Below are positions 20,155 to 28,233 of a stretch of 54,977 nucleotides of DNA, piece by piece. The translations under genes were made by a program, and so were the position numbers. Origin of the DNA: Desulfobacterales bacterium (lineage in GTDB: Bacteria; Desulfobacterota; Desulfobacteria; Desulfobacterales; C00003060); contig JAGMBW010000071.1 of assembly GCA_023129535.1 (NCBI GenBank), forward strand, positions 1-54,977. The letters run 5' to 3'. The notes under the pieces were generated by a model. That model worked only from the letters and a program-made list of their open reading frames with translations. It had not been told where the DNA came from and made no database searches. Within the stretch, counting starts at the first letter, position 1. Every line of letters begins with the position of its first letter.

Positions 20155-21336
20155 CTAAGTTATTAAGTATCTGTCCAGGAATTTGCCCCAGTTGCAGTCT
20201 TTGTAAAAGTCAAGCTCTCGATACTTAGGGTTGATCCAGCCTAAAGGAAAGTAGACAGAGATTCCATGAGTGTCCTTAACTTTCTGCCCGAGATGGCCCT
20301 GGTGGAGAATCGCCTTGCGCCTTCCGGGTTTGAGGGCTCGGATAAGCCTGGCCGCGTCTTTCTTAACGCGCCGGTGCGTAGATCGAAGGCGTAGGTTTGC
20401 GGCGAAGGAATAAAGGTCAACATAGTTATTCCAAAAAAACTTAGGAGCCTTTCTCCAGGAGCTGCCAATAGCCCTGTAAGAAGCGTCATGTGTAAAGGAT
20501 GATATGATCTGAAGGGAGAGAGCATGGAGGCGCTGGACAATGTTTCTCAGGCGCTTCAGGTTCAAAGCGGATTGAGTGACGGTCTCTTTCTTCCCCTGGT
20601 AAGAGTTGATGTATTCGTTGACTACCATTTTGGCTATGGTGGTGGGCCAACAGCGCGGTCTGTTTTTCAGGACTTGGAGGATTCTATGATACGGCCATCC
20701 ATCAAAGGGCTCTTCCTCCTCTGAACCGACCATTACCTGCACGGAATCTTTAAGCTGATAGGCCACCTCGATCATGTTCATGAGACAGGCATCCATCCCC
20801 AGGATGTCGATCTTCTTTCCGATCTTTTGGGATACGCGTGACAGGACGTTCTTCAGCTCCTGGTTGTCCAGGGCATCTCCTGAGGTGTCGTCATAGGCAA
20901 TGCTTCTGTTGGGATCGTCTTTGAGAGAGGTAGTAAACAAAGGTGATCGTGCCTTGCTTCCAGAGGGGGTAGCAGGGGCTTTTACTCTGGCCTCTTCCCA
21001 CCAACCGCCTCCATGGTTCCACAAGACTAGAAAATATCGCCTGGCGGGGTATGTGTGGATGGTCCAGAGAATGAAGTTTTCCAGGGTTTTGGGATCGCCG
21101 GTATTGGCTTCGTCAAAGGTGAGGATACAATCCTTTTCGTAGCCTCCAGCCCTGGTAATATAGAAACGTCTGGTGAGAAGGTCCTTGTCTCGATCAAGTT
21201 GGACAACGATGTGGACGTTCTTTGAAGATCCCACCTGGGCCATCTCAGCAATATCTCTGAGGGCTGCTGAATCCAGGTTGTTGTCCTCGGCCATGTAGAC
21301 CATGACCGTCCATTTTGCTTTCTTGGTAGGTTTCAT
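20155..21336 (-). CDS. Clostripain-related cysteine peptidase (family C11)
   Basis: KWTVMVYMAEDNNLDSAA, VLWNHGGGW (catalytic His region) and ILGMDACLM (catalytic Cys). The ATG at 21336 begins MKPTKKAKW. Confidence 0.8.
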   Translation of the reverse strand: MKPTKKAKWTVMVYMAEDNNLDSAALRDIAEMAQVGSSKNVHIVVQLDRDKDLLTRRFYITRAGGYEKDCILTFDEANTGDPKTLENFILWTIHTYPARRYFLVLWNHGGGWWEEARVKAPATPSGSKARSPLFTTSLKDDPNRSIAYDDTSGDALDNQELKNVLSRVSQKIGKKIDILGMDACLMNMIEVAYQLKDSVQVMVGSEEEEPFDGWPYHRILQVLKNRPRCWPTTIAKMVVNEYINSYQGKKETVTQSALNLKRLRNIVQRLHALSLQIISSFTHDASYRAIGSSWRKAPKFFWNNYVDLYSFAANLRLRSTHRRVKKDAARLIRALKPGRRKAILHQGHLGQKVKDTHGISVYFPLGWINPKYRELDFYKDCNWGKFLDRYLIT

Positions 21337-21773
21337 GCGGTGTCTTTTTTGGTCGTTTTTTAAACCTGTGTAGTTTGTGGTACTTATAACATCCTGGCAA
21401 TCCTGCTGGCGTGTTCCCGTGCAGGAACATGTCAGCCGCGCTGTTTTTGGTAGTGTTTGGAAGCGGTTAGGGCAAAAAGAGGCAGACGTCAAGGTAGGGT
21501 TGTCTACGGTTGTCTACACTTGTCGCTGAAATGTGATCCGCAGATTACGCAGATTACACAGATTAAAGGCCAAGCTTTGGATACGATATAAGTCTGCGAA
21601 ATCTGCGAAATGTGTGGATGGAATTGAGATCCGCACCCCAGAGGAATAGCCTTCGCCTCGGTTGAATAGTAAAGACAAGAACATTCAACAGGGTAAAGAT
21701 TCCACGGGGCAGGGATTAAACAGATTGCACACATCAAAAATGATAGAGACGGTTCGCCGAGATGGCGAAGCTT

Positions 21774-21983
21774 TCATTTTTTAGCGCAAGCTTCACTTCG
21801 TGTCCTTACTCGTGGGTTCTCGTGTCTGAGAATTTCAGAAACATGGATCCTGAGGGAGTTTCCGATCCTTACGGATTTGAGCTTCCGCGACTCGATCAGC
21901 CGGTAAACGGTTCTCTTGGATACGGAGAAGTATTTTGCTATCTCGTCTACCCTGAAATAGGTCTTATTGGGAGAGATAGGCAT
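21774..21983 (-). CDS. Excisionase-family HTH DNA-binding protein
   Basis: YFRVDEIAKYFSVSKRTVYRLIESRKLKSVRIGNSLRI. Confidence 0.75.
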   Translation of the reverse strand: MPISPNKTYFRVDEIAKYFSVSKRTVYRLIESRKLKSVRIGNSLRIHVSEILRHENPRVRTRSEACAKK

Positions 21984-22063
21984 AATTGCAAATTTGGTCC
22001 CAGATCGACTTTTATGGTTAAGCCCTACTTAGACCATTAACCTTGAAATCATCGTCCTGTAGC

Positions 22064-22102
22064 GTTCATTTGAGATACTCTTTTGTTCATTTGAGATACT
22101 CT
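22064..22102. promoter_or_regulatory. Perfect 18-bp direct repeat x2 (GTTCATTTGAGATACTCT) with 21-bp periodicity; operator candidate
   Basis: The two copies are at 22064-22081 and 22085-22102, in the intergenic region upstream of the HTH gene at 21983. Confidence 0.5.
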
Positions 22103-22155
22103 ATCGCCCTCTACGAGTACGGTTGCAAAAAGTCCGAGACCCGTTTTTGAGCGGA

Positions 22156-22362
22156 TTATTCTCGGGGTGAAATTTTCCGCTGCGTGAGCAGCCACGTCAT
22201 GACGTCAGACTCGAGATAGAGTCTGCTTGTCTTTGTAATGCCGATAAAAGGCAGACCTGCGTTGTGCCTTAGGCGTGCAAGTTGTTTTTTGTCGCATCCG
22301 AATAGTTCGCAAAGGTCGGCTTCGGTGATTAAGTTTTCTACTTTTGGGACTTCGTTGTTCAT
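22156..22362 (-). CDS. Small HTH-like protein
   Basis: The ATG at 22362 is preceded by GGAGGA. ITEADLCELFGCDKKQLARLRHNAGLPFI resembles an HTH. Confidence 0.55.
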   Translation of the reverse strand: MNNEVPKVENLITEADLCELFGCDKKQLARLRHNAGLPFIGITKTSRLYLESDVMTWLLTQRKISPRE

Positions 22363-22639
22363 TATTATCCTCCATGAATGATCTCAGGGCCTGGGTCTTC
22401 AGGGTGAACCCACGGGTTTCAGCGAGGGCGCAAGCGGCTCTTAGCTGGGCCTGGTCCATTTTCAATAATTTTTGAACACAGGCGCTGCAAATGAAAAAGT
22501 CGAGCTTTGCCTCGGGCTTGTAAACTCTCTTCTTTTCACTGTTGCCGGTACCATGTGCAGCGGACCAATATGTTTCCTGGTTATGGCAAAATACACAGGT
22601 CATGGCTGGTTCGTTACGTCTGTATTGGGGATCAGTCAT
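22205..22639 (-). CDS. Cys-rich (zinc-ribbon-like) hypothetical protein; 3' tail probably not genuine
   Basis: The ATG at 22639 is preceded by GGAAGGAGG. It has CVFCHN...CSACV motifs. The last 50 or so codons overlap the next gene and look like out-of-frame low-complexity sequence. Confidence 0.45.
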   Translation of the reverse strand: MTDPQYRRNEPAMTCVFCHNQETYWSAAHGTGNSEKKRVYKPEAKLDFFICSACVQKLLKMDQAQLRAACALAETRGFTLKTQALRSFMEDNNEQRSPKSRKLNHRSRPLRTIRMRQKTTCTPKAQRRSAFYRHYKDKQTLSRV

Positions 22640-22743
22640 GGTCTTACCTCCTTCCGGGACCTGCCTGCGCGTGTCCGCATGCAGGCAGGTCTGGATAGAA
22701 ACCTGTTCGGAGATCCGCCTGGGCGGATGGGATTTGCTCTTTT

Positions 22744-23766
22744 TCATTGGGACCTCTCGTTGGTTCTGTAGTCCGGTCCTTCAAAGTGAAGAACTCTGGC
22801 CATCCCGGCAAGGCGGGAGCTGATCCTGCCGTCTATCTTCTCTGCAATCTCGTCCAGGGAGAGGTTCGAGGTTACAACAGTGGGCTTGAGGTGACTGTCC
22901 CGCTGGTAGATGATGTAGTCCAGGGTCTGCCTGGCCCACTCGGTGGTCTTTTCCACACCTAAATCATCCAGGATAAGGAAGTCGCAGGACGAATACTTGC
23001 GGCAATGGAATTCCTCGCTGTCAGTGGCTCCGGAATGAAATGCCCTTCTGATTTCAAGCAGGAGTCCGGGCACTGAAGTGAACAGCAGATCGTTGTCCTG
23101 CAGCAGTAGCTCCCTGGCAATCGCAGCGGCCAGGTGGGTCTTGCCTGTACCGTAGCTGCCATAAAGAAAGAGGCTGTTTGCAGGCCTGGCAGCCTCCGGC
23201 CCGTTGGGGCCTACGCGCCGGAGGGCATATTCTTTACAGATCTTCGCATTTTTTTGGTTGAACCTGGTTGTCTTGAAGTTCTCAAAAGAACATCCCAGGT
23301 ATTTGGGAGGAACACCTATCCTCTTGAGGTGGGACCCTATGTTGTTTCCGATCTCTTCTAACTTTCTCTTCCTCTCCTCGATTTCCCGTTGTTCCTCGGA
23401 GCAGCGGCTGCACATTCCGTTCTTGGGCTCAAAGTGAGGCCAGAGCCACCTGCTGGATAAATTGCTCCATTCGGGAGAAGATAGCGTGCCACATCTCTTG
23501 CATTTCAGATCCTTTGGCCTCTGATTCGGCAGAGGCGGCCTTTTCCCTGCCTTGCATCGCCTGGCCTGTCCATCAATCGGCGAAGCCTGGCGGGCACTGG
23601 CGGGCAGGTCTTTAGCGCAAGCCTCACTTCGTGCCCTGCTAATAGTCTTTGCCGGGGACGGGGCCACTGTCGATAGGGTAGTCGCTTGGGAGGTCGAAGC
23701 CCTTCCTGCCTTGTTTCTTTTTTCCAAAAGGCGTTGATTTGCGAGCAGGATATCCGTCTCGTTCAT
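22744..23766 (-). CDS. DnaC/IstB-like AAA+ helicase loader with an N-terminal Cys-rich extension; start uncertain
   Basis: Walker A GSYGTGKTHLA and Walker B FLILDDLG, followed by VVTSNLSLDEI. The called start overlaps the upstream gene by 128 nt. Confidence 0.8.
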   Translation of the reverse strand: MNETDILLANQRLLEKRNKAGRASTSQATTLSTVAPSPAKTISRARSEACAKDLPASARQASPIDGQARRCKAGKRPPLPNQRPKDLKCKRCGTLSSPEWSNLSSRWLWPHFEPKNGMCSRCSEEQREIEERKRKLEEIGNNIGSHLKRIGVPPKYLGCSFENFKTTRFNQKNAKICKEYALRRVGPNGPEAARPANSLFLYGSYGTGKTHLAAAIARELLLQDNDLLFTSVPGLLLEIRRAFHSGATDSEEFHCRKYSSCDFLILDDLGVEKTTEWARQTLDYIIYQRDSHLKPTVVTSNLSLDEIAEKIDGRISSRLAGMARVLHFEGPDYRTNERSQ

Positions 23767-24799
23767 ATTGCTCTCCTTTCTTTGTCCTGGCTTGCCTTAT
23801 CTCAAGGGCCTTTCTTAGCCAGTTGGTAACTGAGGCCTTGAAATTGGATTTGGGAAACTTATTGGTTTTTTTCTTCTCTTTTTTCCTGTGCTCAGTCTCC
23901 AGCCAGTCGTGCCAGTTGTGCAGTTCGTCTCTTAGGTCAAGCTGGCTGTAAGTGGAGTTTCCGTCTATCCGCTTCTCAAACCACTTTACATCTTCAGGCC
24001 TTACATCAAACTCCGAATACGTCTTGATGACCTCTAAGAATTGAAGTGCGGCAAGAGAAGGTGGAGGTGCGGTATTGCTAGCTAATGGGTACCCATCTAG
24101 AGAATATTCTTCTTCGTTCTTATGCACTTCTTCTAGATTATTAGTAGTATTGTTTTTAATACTGTCTTTAACTGTTTTTAAGCTATGTTTTTCCTTAGTT
24201 ATTTCAGCTTGTTGAGATACCGCGAGGTTGCCGTTTTGGCAAGTTGAACTTGCCGTTTTGGCAACCTCCTGGTTGCCGTTTTGGCAACCTGGAGGCAGGT
24301 GGTTTTGACCTGGAGGCGTGCTTCGGCATACTTTACTTGCCGTTTTGGCTACCCGTTGTCTGTTTTTCTCAATAGTCTCGGGTTCTTTCTGACTCCTGCC
24401 TCGAAGGTTTTTACTTGCCGTTTTGGCAACCTGATCGAAAAAATCTTCATGTCTACTTGCCGTTTTGGCAACCTTCCAGTTTTTGTAATGCTTATTAAAC
24501 CAATATTTATGGGGGTTTGAGGGGTCTTGCTTGATTACGTGCTTCGAGTGAAGGGAACTTGCCGTTTTGGCTACGTGAGAAAGATGAATGTTGGCAAAGA
24601 AAGCAATCTCTGATTTTGTGAGCAAGGCGAACTTTTTCCCACAGCCATAAGAGAAGCGGAGAATCACATCTATTACTTTTCGTTCTCTCTTAGTGAAGTC
24701 AGAACACATTATGGCCTCCCAAAGCTCGTTAGAGATCTGTATGTAGCCGTTTTCTAGCTGGGGTGTGCCTCGTTTTCGGTTTTTAAGTGTATCTTTCAC
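23639..24799 (-). CDS. Phage lambda O-like replication initiator (Phage_rep_O type N-domain)
   Basis: NGYIQISNELWEAI...FTKRERKVIDVILRFSYGCGKKFALLTKSEIAFFANI matches the rep_O winged-helix pattern. The gene contains the iteron array. Confidence 0.75.
   Translation of the reverse strand: MKDTLKNRKRGTPQLENGYIQISNELWEAIMCSDFTKRERKVIDVILRFSYGCGKKFALLTKSEIAFFANIHLSHVAKTASSLHSKHVIKQDPSNPHKYWFNKHYKNWKVAKTASRHEDFFDQVAKTASKNLRGRSQKEPETIEKNRQRVAKTASKVCRSTPPGQNHLPPGCQNGNQEVAKTASSTCQNGNLAVSQQAEITKEKHSLKTVKDSIKNNTTNNLEEVHKNEEEYSLDGYPLASNTAPPPSLAALQFLEVIKTYSEFDVRPEDVKWFEKRIDGNSTYSQLDLRDELHNWHDWLETEHRKKEKKKTNKFPKSNFKASVTNWLRKALEIRQARTKKGEQYERDGYPARKSTPFGKKKQGRKGFDLPSDYPIDSGPVPGKDY
24228..24575. repeat. Seven iterons (ACTTGCCGTTTTGGCAAC; core palindrome TTGCC-N5-GGCAA) inside the initiator gene; putative replication origin
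   Basis: Copies are at about 24228, 24250, 24273, 24337, 24415, 24457 and 24559. In frame they encode repeated VAKTAS peptides. Confidence 0.75.
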
Positions 24800-24843
24800 T
24801 TATTCGTCCTGTCTGCCGACAGGCAGGTTCTTAAACCACGTGG

Positions 24844-25548
24844 TTATGCCGGCCATTGTTGTACAAACTCGCCTTCCCAATAAGGCCGGAGGTTATGTTT
24901 CATGAAAATAGGCAAGTTAAACTTTGTTGCCTGGTGAAGTATGTTCCGGATCCAGTTCTTTTCAGGTGCATGTTGCCCGGCGCCGGGGCCGGTCATCGCG
25001 CCGACAATGACCCAATTGATCCACCACAGAGCGTTGTAGTTGGTGTAAACAAGATCCAGCAGGGGCTCGTAGCTGAGGAATGTAATATTTGGGAGGTCCG
25101 CTAATGCCGTGGCATTCCAGTAGCTGGCTTCGAAGCTATCTGCGGTTGCTCCCAGCCAGCAATTTTGTGGAAAGTGGAAGTGGTGGTATGTGATCGGGTT
25201 CTTGGTTAAAAACAAGAATGTATGCTGAGGGCATTTCCTGACGATGCTTAAAACGGATAGAATCCAATTGGGGGGAACCCAGTCTCCAAACAGATCACCC
25301 ATTGAACATACAAAGATCCTGGTGGGTTTTTTCCATTGGGAAGGGAGGGCAAGGCGTTGAGGATGAAACGTGGGGATAAAGGGATCATCAGGGGGGTACC
25401 CGTAGCGTCCACGGAGTCTGTTTGCCATGCGATGCGCATAGCAATAAAAACACCTGTTCGGTCTTTCGGGTGACCCTTCTGGTCCCCAGCAACCGGTCAC
25501 AGGATTCCAGGTCCTGGTTGTCCAACCTATGCTTTCTTTAATACCCAT
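24844..25548 (-). CDS. Phage Gp37/Gp68 family protein (DUF5131)
   Basis: IGWTTRTWNPVTGCWGP...CFYCYA N-terminal signature. Confidence 0.8.
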   Translation of the reverse strand: MGIKESIGWTTRTWNPVTGCWGPEGSPERPNRCFYCYAHRMANRLRGRYGYPPDDPFIPTFHPQRLALPSQWKKPTRIFVCSMGDLFGDWVPPNWILSVLSIVRKCPQHTFLFLTKNPITYHHFHFPQNCWLGATADSFEASYWNATALADLPNITFLSYEPLLDLVYTNYNALWWINWVIVGAMTGPGAGQHAPEKNWIRNILHQATKFNLPIFMKHNLRPYWEGEFVQQWPA

Positions 25549-25599
25549 GTCACGAAATCTCCTCTCCTCTTCTTCGGGGATAGTTTCGTAGTGCGGTAT

Positions 25600-25791
25600 T
25601 CATCCCCGGTTTTCTTCATTGATGGTTTTCTCTTTCAGCCAGTCGAGCACCTCTTTTTGATCAAACCTGACCTTGCCGCGTGGGAGTCGGAGATAAGGAA
25701 TAAGGCCGAGGTGACAATATTTTGCGACAGTCCTTGGGCTAAGCCTCAGGAAGTTGGCCAATTCCCTGGTAGTGAGAAGAATCCTTTGCAT
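25600..25791 (-). CDS. Excisionase-family HTH DNA-binding protein
   Basis: LLTTRELANFLRLSPRTVAKYCHLGLIPYLRLPRGKVRF. AAGGAG Shine-Dalgarno site upstream. Confidence 0.8.
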   Translation of the reverse strand: MQRILLTTRELANFLRLSPRTVAKYCHLGLIPYLRLPRGKVRFDQKEVLDWLKEKTINEENRG

Positions 25792-25831
25792 GTTGCGCTC
25801 CTTGTTGGCTTTTTCTTAAATGCAGCAATAT

Positions 25832-25847
25832 AGCAAGTGGTGTGCCA
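25832..25847 (-). promoter_or_regulatory. Sigma-54 promoter (TGGCAC-N5-TTGCT) driving the HTH/Gp37/rep operon
   Basis: The minus strand reads TGGCACACCACTTGCT, an exact consensus with exact spacing, about 40 nt upstream of the ATG at 25791. Confidence 0.65.
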
Positions 25848-25890
25848 CTTCTGTAAGTCTTTGAAATTCAAGGAGGTTTTGTTGGAAGGA

Positions 25891-26260
25891 AAGTTTATCG
25901 GAACCAATTTTGGGGGATCAGGTTCCGATAAAATTGTAAGTGCTGGAATTTATTGGAAATGAGTTGGTTCCGATAAAATTATACGTGGTTCCGATAAAAT
26001 GCTGTGAAGTTTCCAAAGGTTACAGACCATAAGGGAGGGCTAAGTTGCTATAAGGTTCCGATAAACCTGTAAGCTATGGAATTTTCAGGAAATTGATAGG
26101 TTCCGATAAAATGAGGATAGGTTCCGATAAAATTCCGTGCAGTTCCAATGGGTTACGAAACATAGAAAATCACGAGGTTCCGATAAAGTTCCGATAAAAG
26201 TGAAAGCTATGGAACATTAAGAGAATTTGGCGGGTTCCGATAAGGTTGCGATAAGACGTA
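25891..26260 (+). repeat. Right block of the GGTTCCGATAAA 12-mer: 9 direct copies, 1 degenerate, 1 inverted (putative enhancer/UAS)
   Basis: Direct copies start at 25921, 25966, 25987, 26054, 26099, 26120, 26176, 26188 and 26233. There is a degenerate copy at 26244 and an inverted copy at 25895-25905. The block overlaps the 3' end of the activator gene. Confidence 0.85.
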
Positions 26261-27586
26261 GCGCCTGGTCTTATTGGTGCCCTCGGCTTTTAGTAATCCT
26301 GCCTGTATCATCGAGGTGAGGTGCTTTCTGATTGCTCTATCTGAGATGTTAAATACTCGAAGGTCCTTACTCGTGATCGTTTGCTTGCTCCTGGCTATGT
26401 TCAGAATAGCCTCTTGTGTGGGGTTCAGGGCGTCCCGCCCGGCATCCGCCTGAGGTGAAGCCGATGACGGACGGGGAGGCCTGGCCGCAACGCTCTCGCC
26501 TGGCCGCCATCGCTTTCGCTCAGGCGAGGCGGGCGGGCTTGCAAGGCCGGCCGGCGAAGCCGATGGCGCACGGGCACGAGCCCTCCGGGGCGTAGTCCCC
26601 TCTCTCCGAGCCATCGGCTCATATGAGCCAGAGGCCGGGACGGAGTCGGGCAGCCCCGCCCGCCTCGCCTGAGCGAGAGCGGTGGCGGGCAGGTTGTGAG
26701 GGAGGATGTCCCGAATTTGGTTCAACCCGATGATTCTTTTGCCCTGGGATAGGATCACTCCCCTGCTGACGACGTTTTCCAGCTCCCTGACATTTCCGGG
26801 CCAGGGATACTGTTGAAGAAAATCCATGGCATCTTTAGAAAACCGTTTAACGTCTTCGCCGTGCCTGCGATTGTATTTGGCAATAAAGTGCGCTATCAGA
26901 TGGGGAATATCTCCTGTTCTTTCTCTCAGAGGAGGCACCTCAAGAGAAAACTCATTTAGCCGGTCATAGAGATCTTCTCTGAATGTTCCTTTTTCCATGG
27001 CTTTGTCCAGATTCTTGTTTGTGGCTGCGATCACCCTGACATCTACATTGATTGCGTGAAGGGATCCTATGGGCCTTACCTCGCCGTCCTGGAGAAACCT
27101 CAAGATCGATCCCTGGGCATTCTGGCAGAGGTCCCCTATCTCATCCAGGAATATGGTGCCAGTGTCTGCGGCAGGAATGAGGCCGACTCTTGTTGAGGTC
27201 GCACCGGTAAAAGCCCCCTTTACATGGCCGAATAGCTCAGAGGCCAAAAGGTCCCTGCCAAGAACCGCGCAGTTTATCTTGATAAAGGGCCTCTTGTTCC
27301 TGTGACTTAAGCTGTGGATGGCGTCGGCCACAAGCTCCTTTCCCGTTCCTCTTTCTCCCCGGATCAGGACCTTTACGTCTTTGGGGCCGATGGTCTTAAC
27401 AAGATGAAGAAGCCCCACCATGGGTGGGCTGGTACCGATTATCTTGACCTGCCCGACTCTGTCCCGTGGGGGACTACGCCCCGGAGGGCTCGTACCCTTC
27501 CGCCTCTGGTTTTGCCCCGAACGAATGCGGGGCGGGCCTCGTAGCGGGACGCGGGAGGGTTTTTTGAAACGTTGCGGATTGGCCAT
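26207..27586 (-). CDS. Sigma-54-dependent transcriptional activator (bEBP) without a receiver or sensor domain, with a P/A/R-rich linker and a C-terminal winged-helix
   Basis: GERGTGKE Walker A, intact GAFTGA (HVKGAFTGATS), FLDEIG, REDLYDRL, WPGNVRELEN. The C-terminus ILNIARSKQTITSKDLRVFNISDRAIRKHLTSMIQAGLL looks like a wHTH rather than a Fis-type HTH. Confidence 0.9.
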   Translation of the reverse strand: MANPQRFKKPSRVPLRGPPRIRSGQNQRRKGTSPPGRSPPRDRVGQVKIIGTSPPMVGLLHLVKTIGPKDVKVLIRGERGTGKELVADAIHSLSHRNKRPFIKINCAVLGRDLLASELFGHVKGAFTGATSTRVGLIPAADTGTIFLDEIGDLCQNAQGSILRFLQDGEVRPIGSLHAINVDVRVIAATNKNLDKAMEKGTFREDLYDRLNEFSLEVPPLRERTGDIPHLIAHFIAKYNRRHGEDVKRFSKDAMDFLQQYPWPGNVRELENVVSRGVILSQGKRIIGLNQIRDILPHNLPATALAQARRAGLPDSVPASGSYEPMARREGTTPRRARARAPSASPAGLASPPASPERKRWRPGESVAARPPRPSSASPQADAGRDALNPTQEAILNIARSKQTITSKDLRVFNISDRAIRKHLTSMIQAGLLKAEGTNKTRRYVLSQPYRNPPNSLNVP

Positions 27587-28233
27587 GGATCTTATCCCGC
27601 CGGCTCTCCACTAATGTTAGAGGTTGGAGGAGCGCTTCGCTTGAGGACCGTTTCACTTGAAGCATAAGCAAGAAAATAGTTTGCCTCAAACCTCAAGCGT
27701 AGTGGTCCTCAAGTCCGCCAAAGGCGGACGCTACTCCAACCTGTGCTCTGCCTGCTCCGGCCTGCCCTGTGGGGAAGCCTGCCCTGGTGCGACACGACCC
27801 CAACAATCTTTTAGGGAGGCAAACCCGGTCTGGGCCAGGGAATGATCGTATCGGGGTGAGGAGGCCTGCCCTGGTACGGTTCCGCCCTGCGGCCCGCCCA
27901 GGTGCGGACTGGGCCAGGGTCTGGGCCAGGGAACGACCATACTGGGGTGAGAGATAAAACAACGCGCGTACAGGCTCATCCATTGATAAAGATGGCATGG
28001 CAGCCAGAGCATGAGGGTTTGGGAATGAGGATGAAATATTCTAATTCGATTTTGGCCTTACCATTCACTATTACAAGCTCCGTGCCACAGGAAAAAAACC
28101 TAGTCCTTTCAGCATATTAAAAATGACACCCGCCCGAAACTTCGGCAAAATGCCCATTTTCTTCGGAAGACGAAGAGATCGTTCATTGACATCAATCGAT
28201 TGTTCAGGTATGCGAATCTGTAGTTTAGACCTA

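Larger units (their letters stand above)
7691..26206. mobile_element. Integrative phage/plasmid-like element inserted next to tRNA-Asp (right boundary not identified)
   Basis: int and xis abut the tRNA 3' end. Replication (O-like, DnaC-like), lysis (holin-like, NlpC/P60), Gp37/Gp68, HU and PLD nuclease genes are all co-oriented on the minus strand. No capsid or tail genes were seen. I could not find a direct repeat of the tRNA 3' end by eye. Confidence 0.5.

Noticed and set aside
22205-22362. Possible programmed frameshift joining the Cys-rich ORF (22205-22639) to the downstream HTH ORF (22156-22362).
   Set aside because: No slippery heptamer or stimulatory structure was recognised at the overlap. 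The downstream gene has its own Shine-Dalgarno site and ATG. Simple overlap, or a spurious 3' tail, is more parsimonious.
27657-28012. Cluster of overlapping ORFs on both strands upstream of the activator gene.
   Set aside because: The region is GC-rich and repeat-derived, for example the direct repeat TCTGGGCCAGGGAA(T/C)GA...GGGGTGAG at about 27829 and 27918. The ORFs overlap each other in several frames, with no Shine-Dalgarno sites or motifs.
28066-28086. Second sigma-54-like element on the minus strand (TGGCACGGAGCTTGTA), about 480 nt upstream of the activator gene.
   Set aside because: The -12 element reads TTGT instead of TTGC, and the distance to the start codon is long. It is too weak to call without a PWM score or a mapped transcription start.
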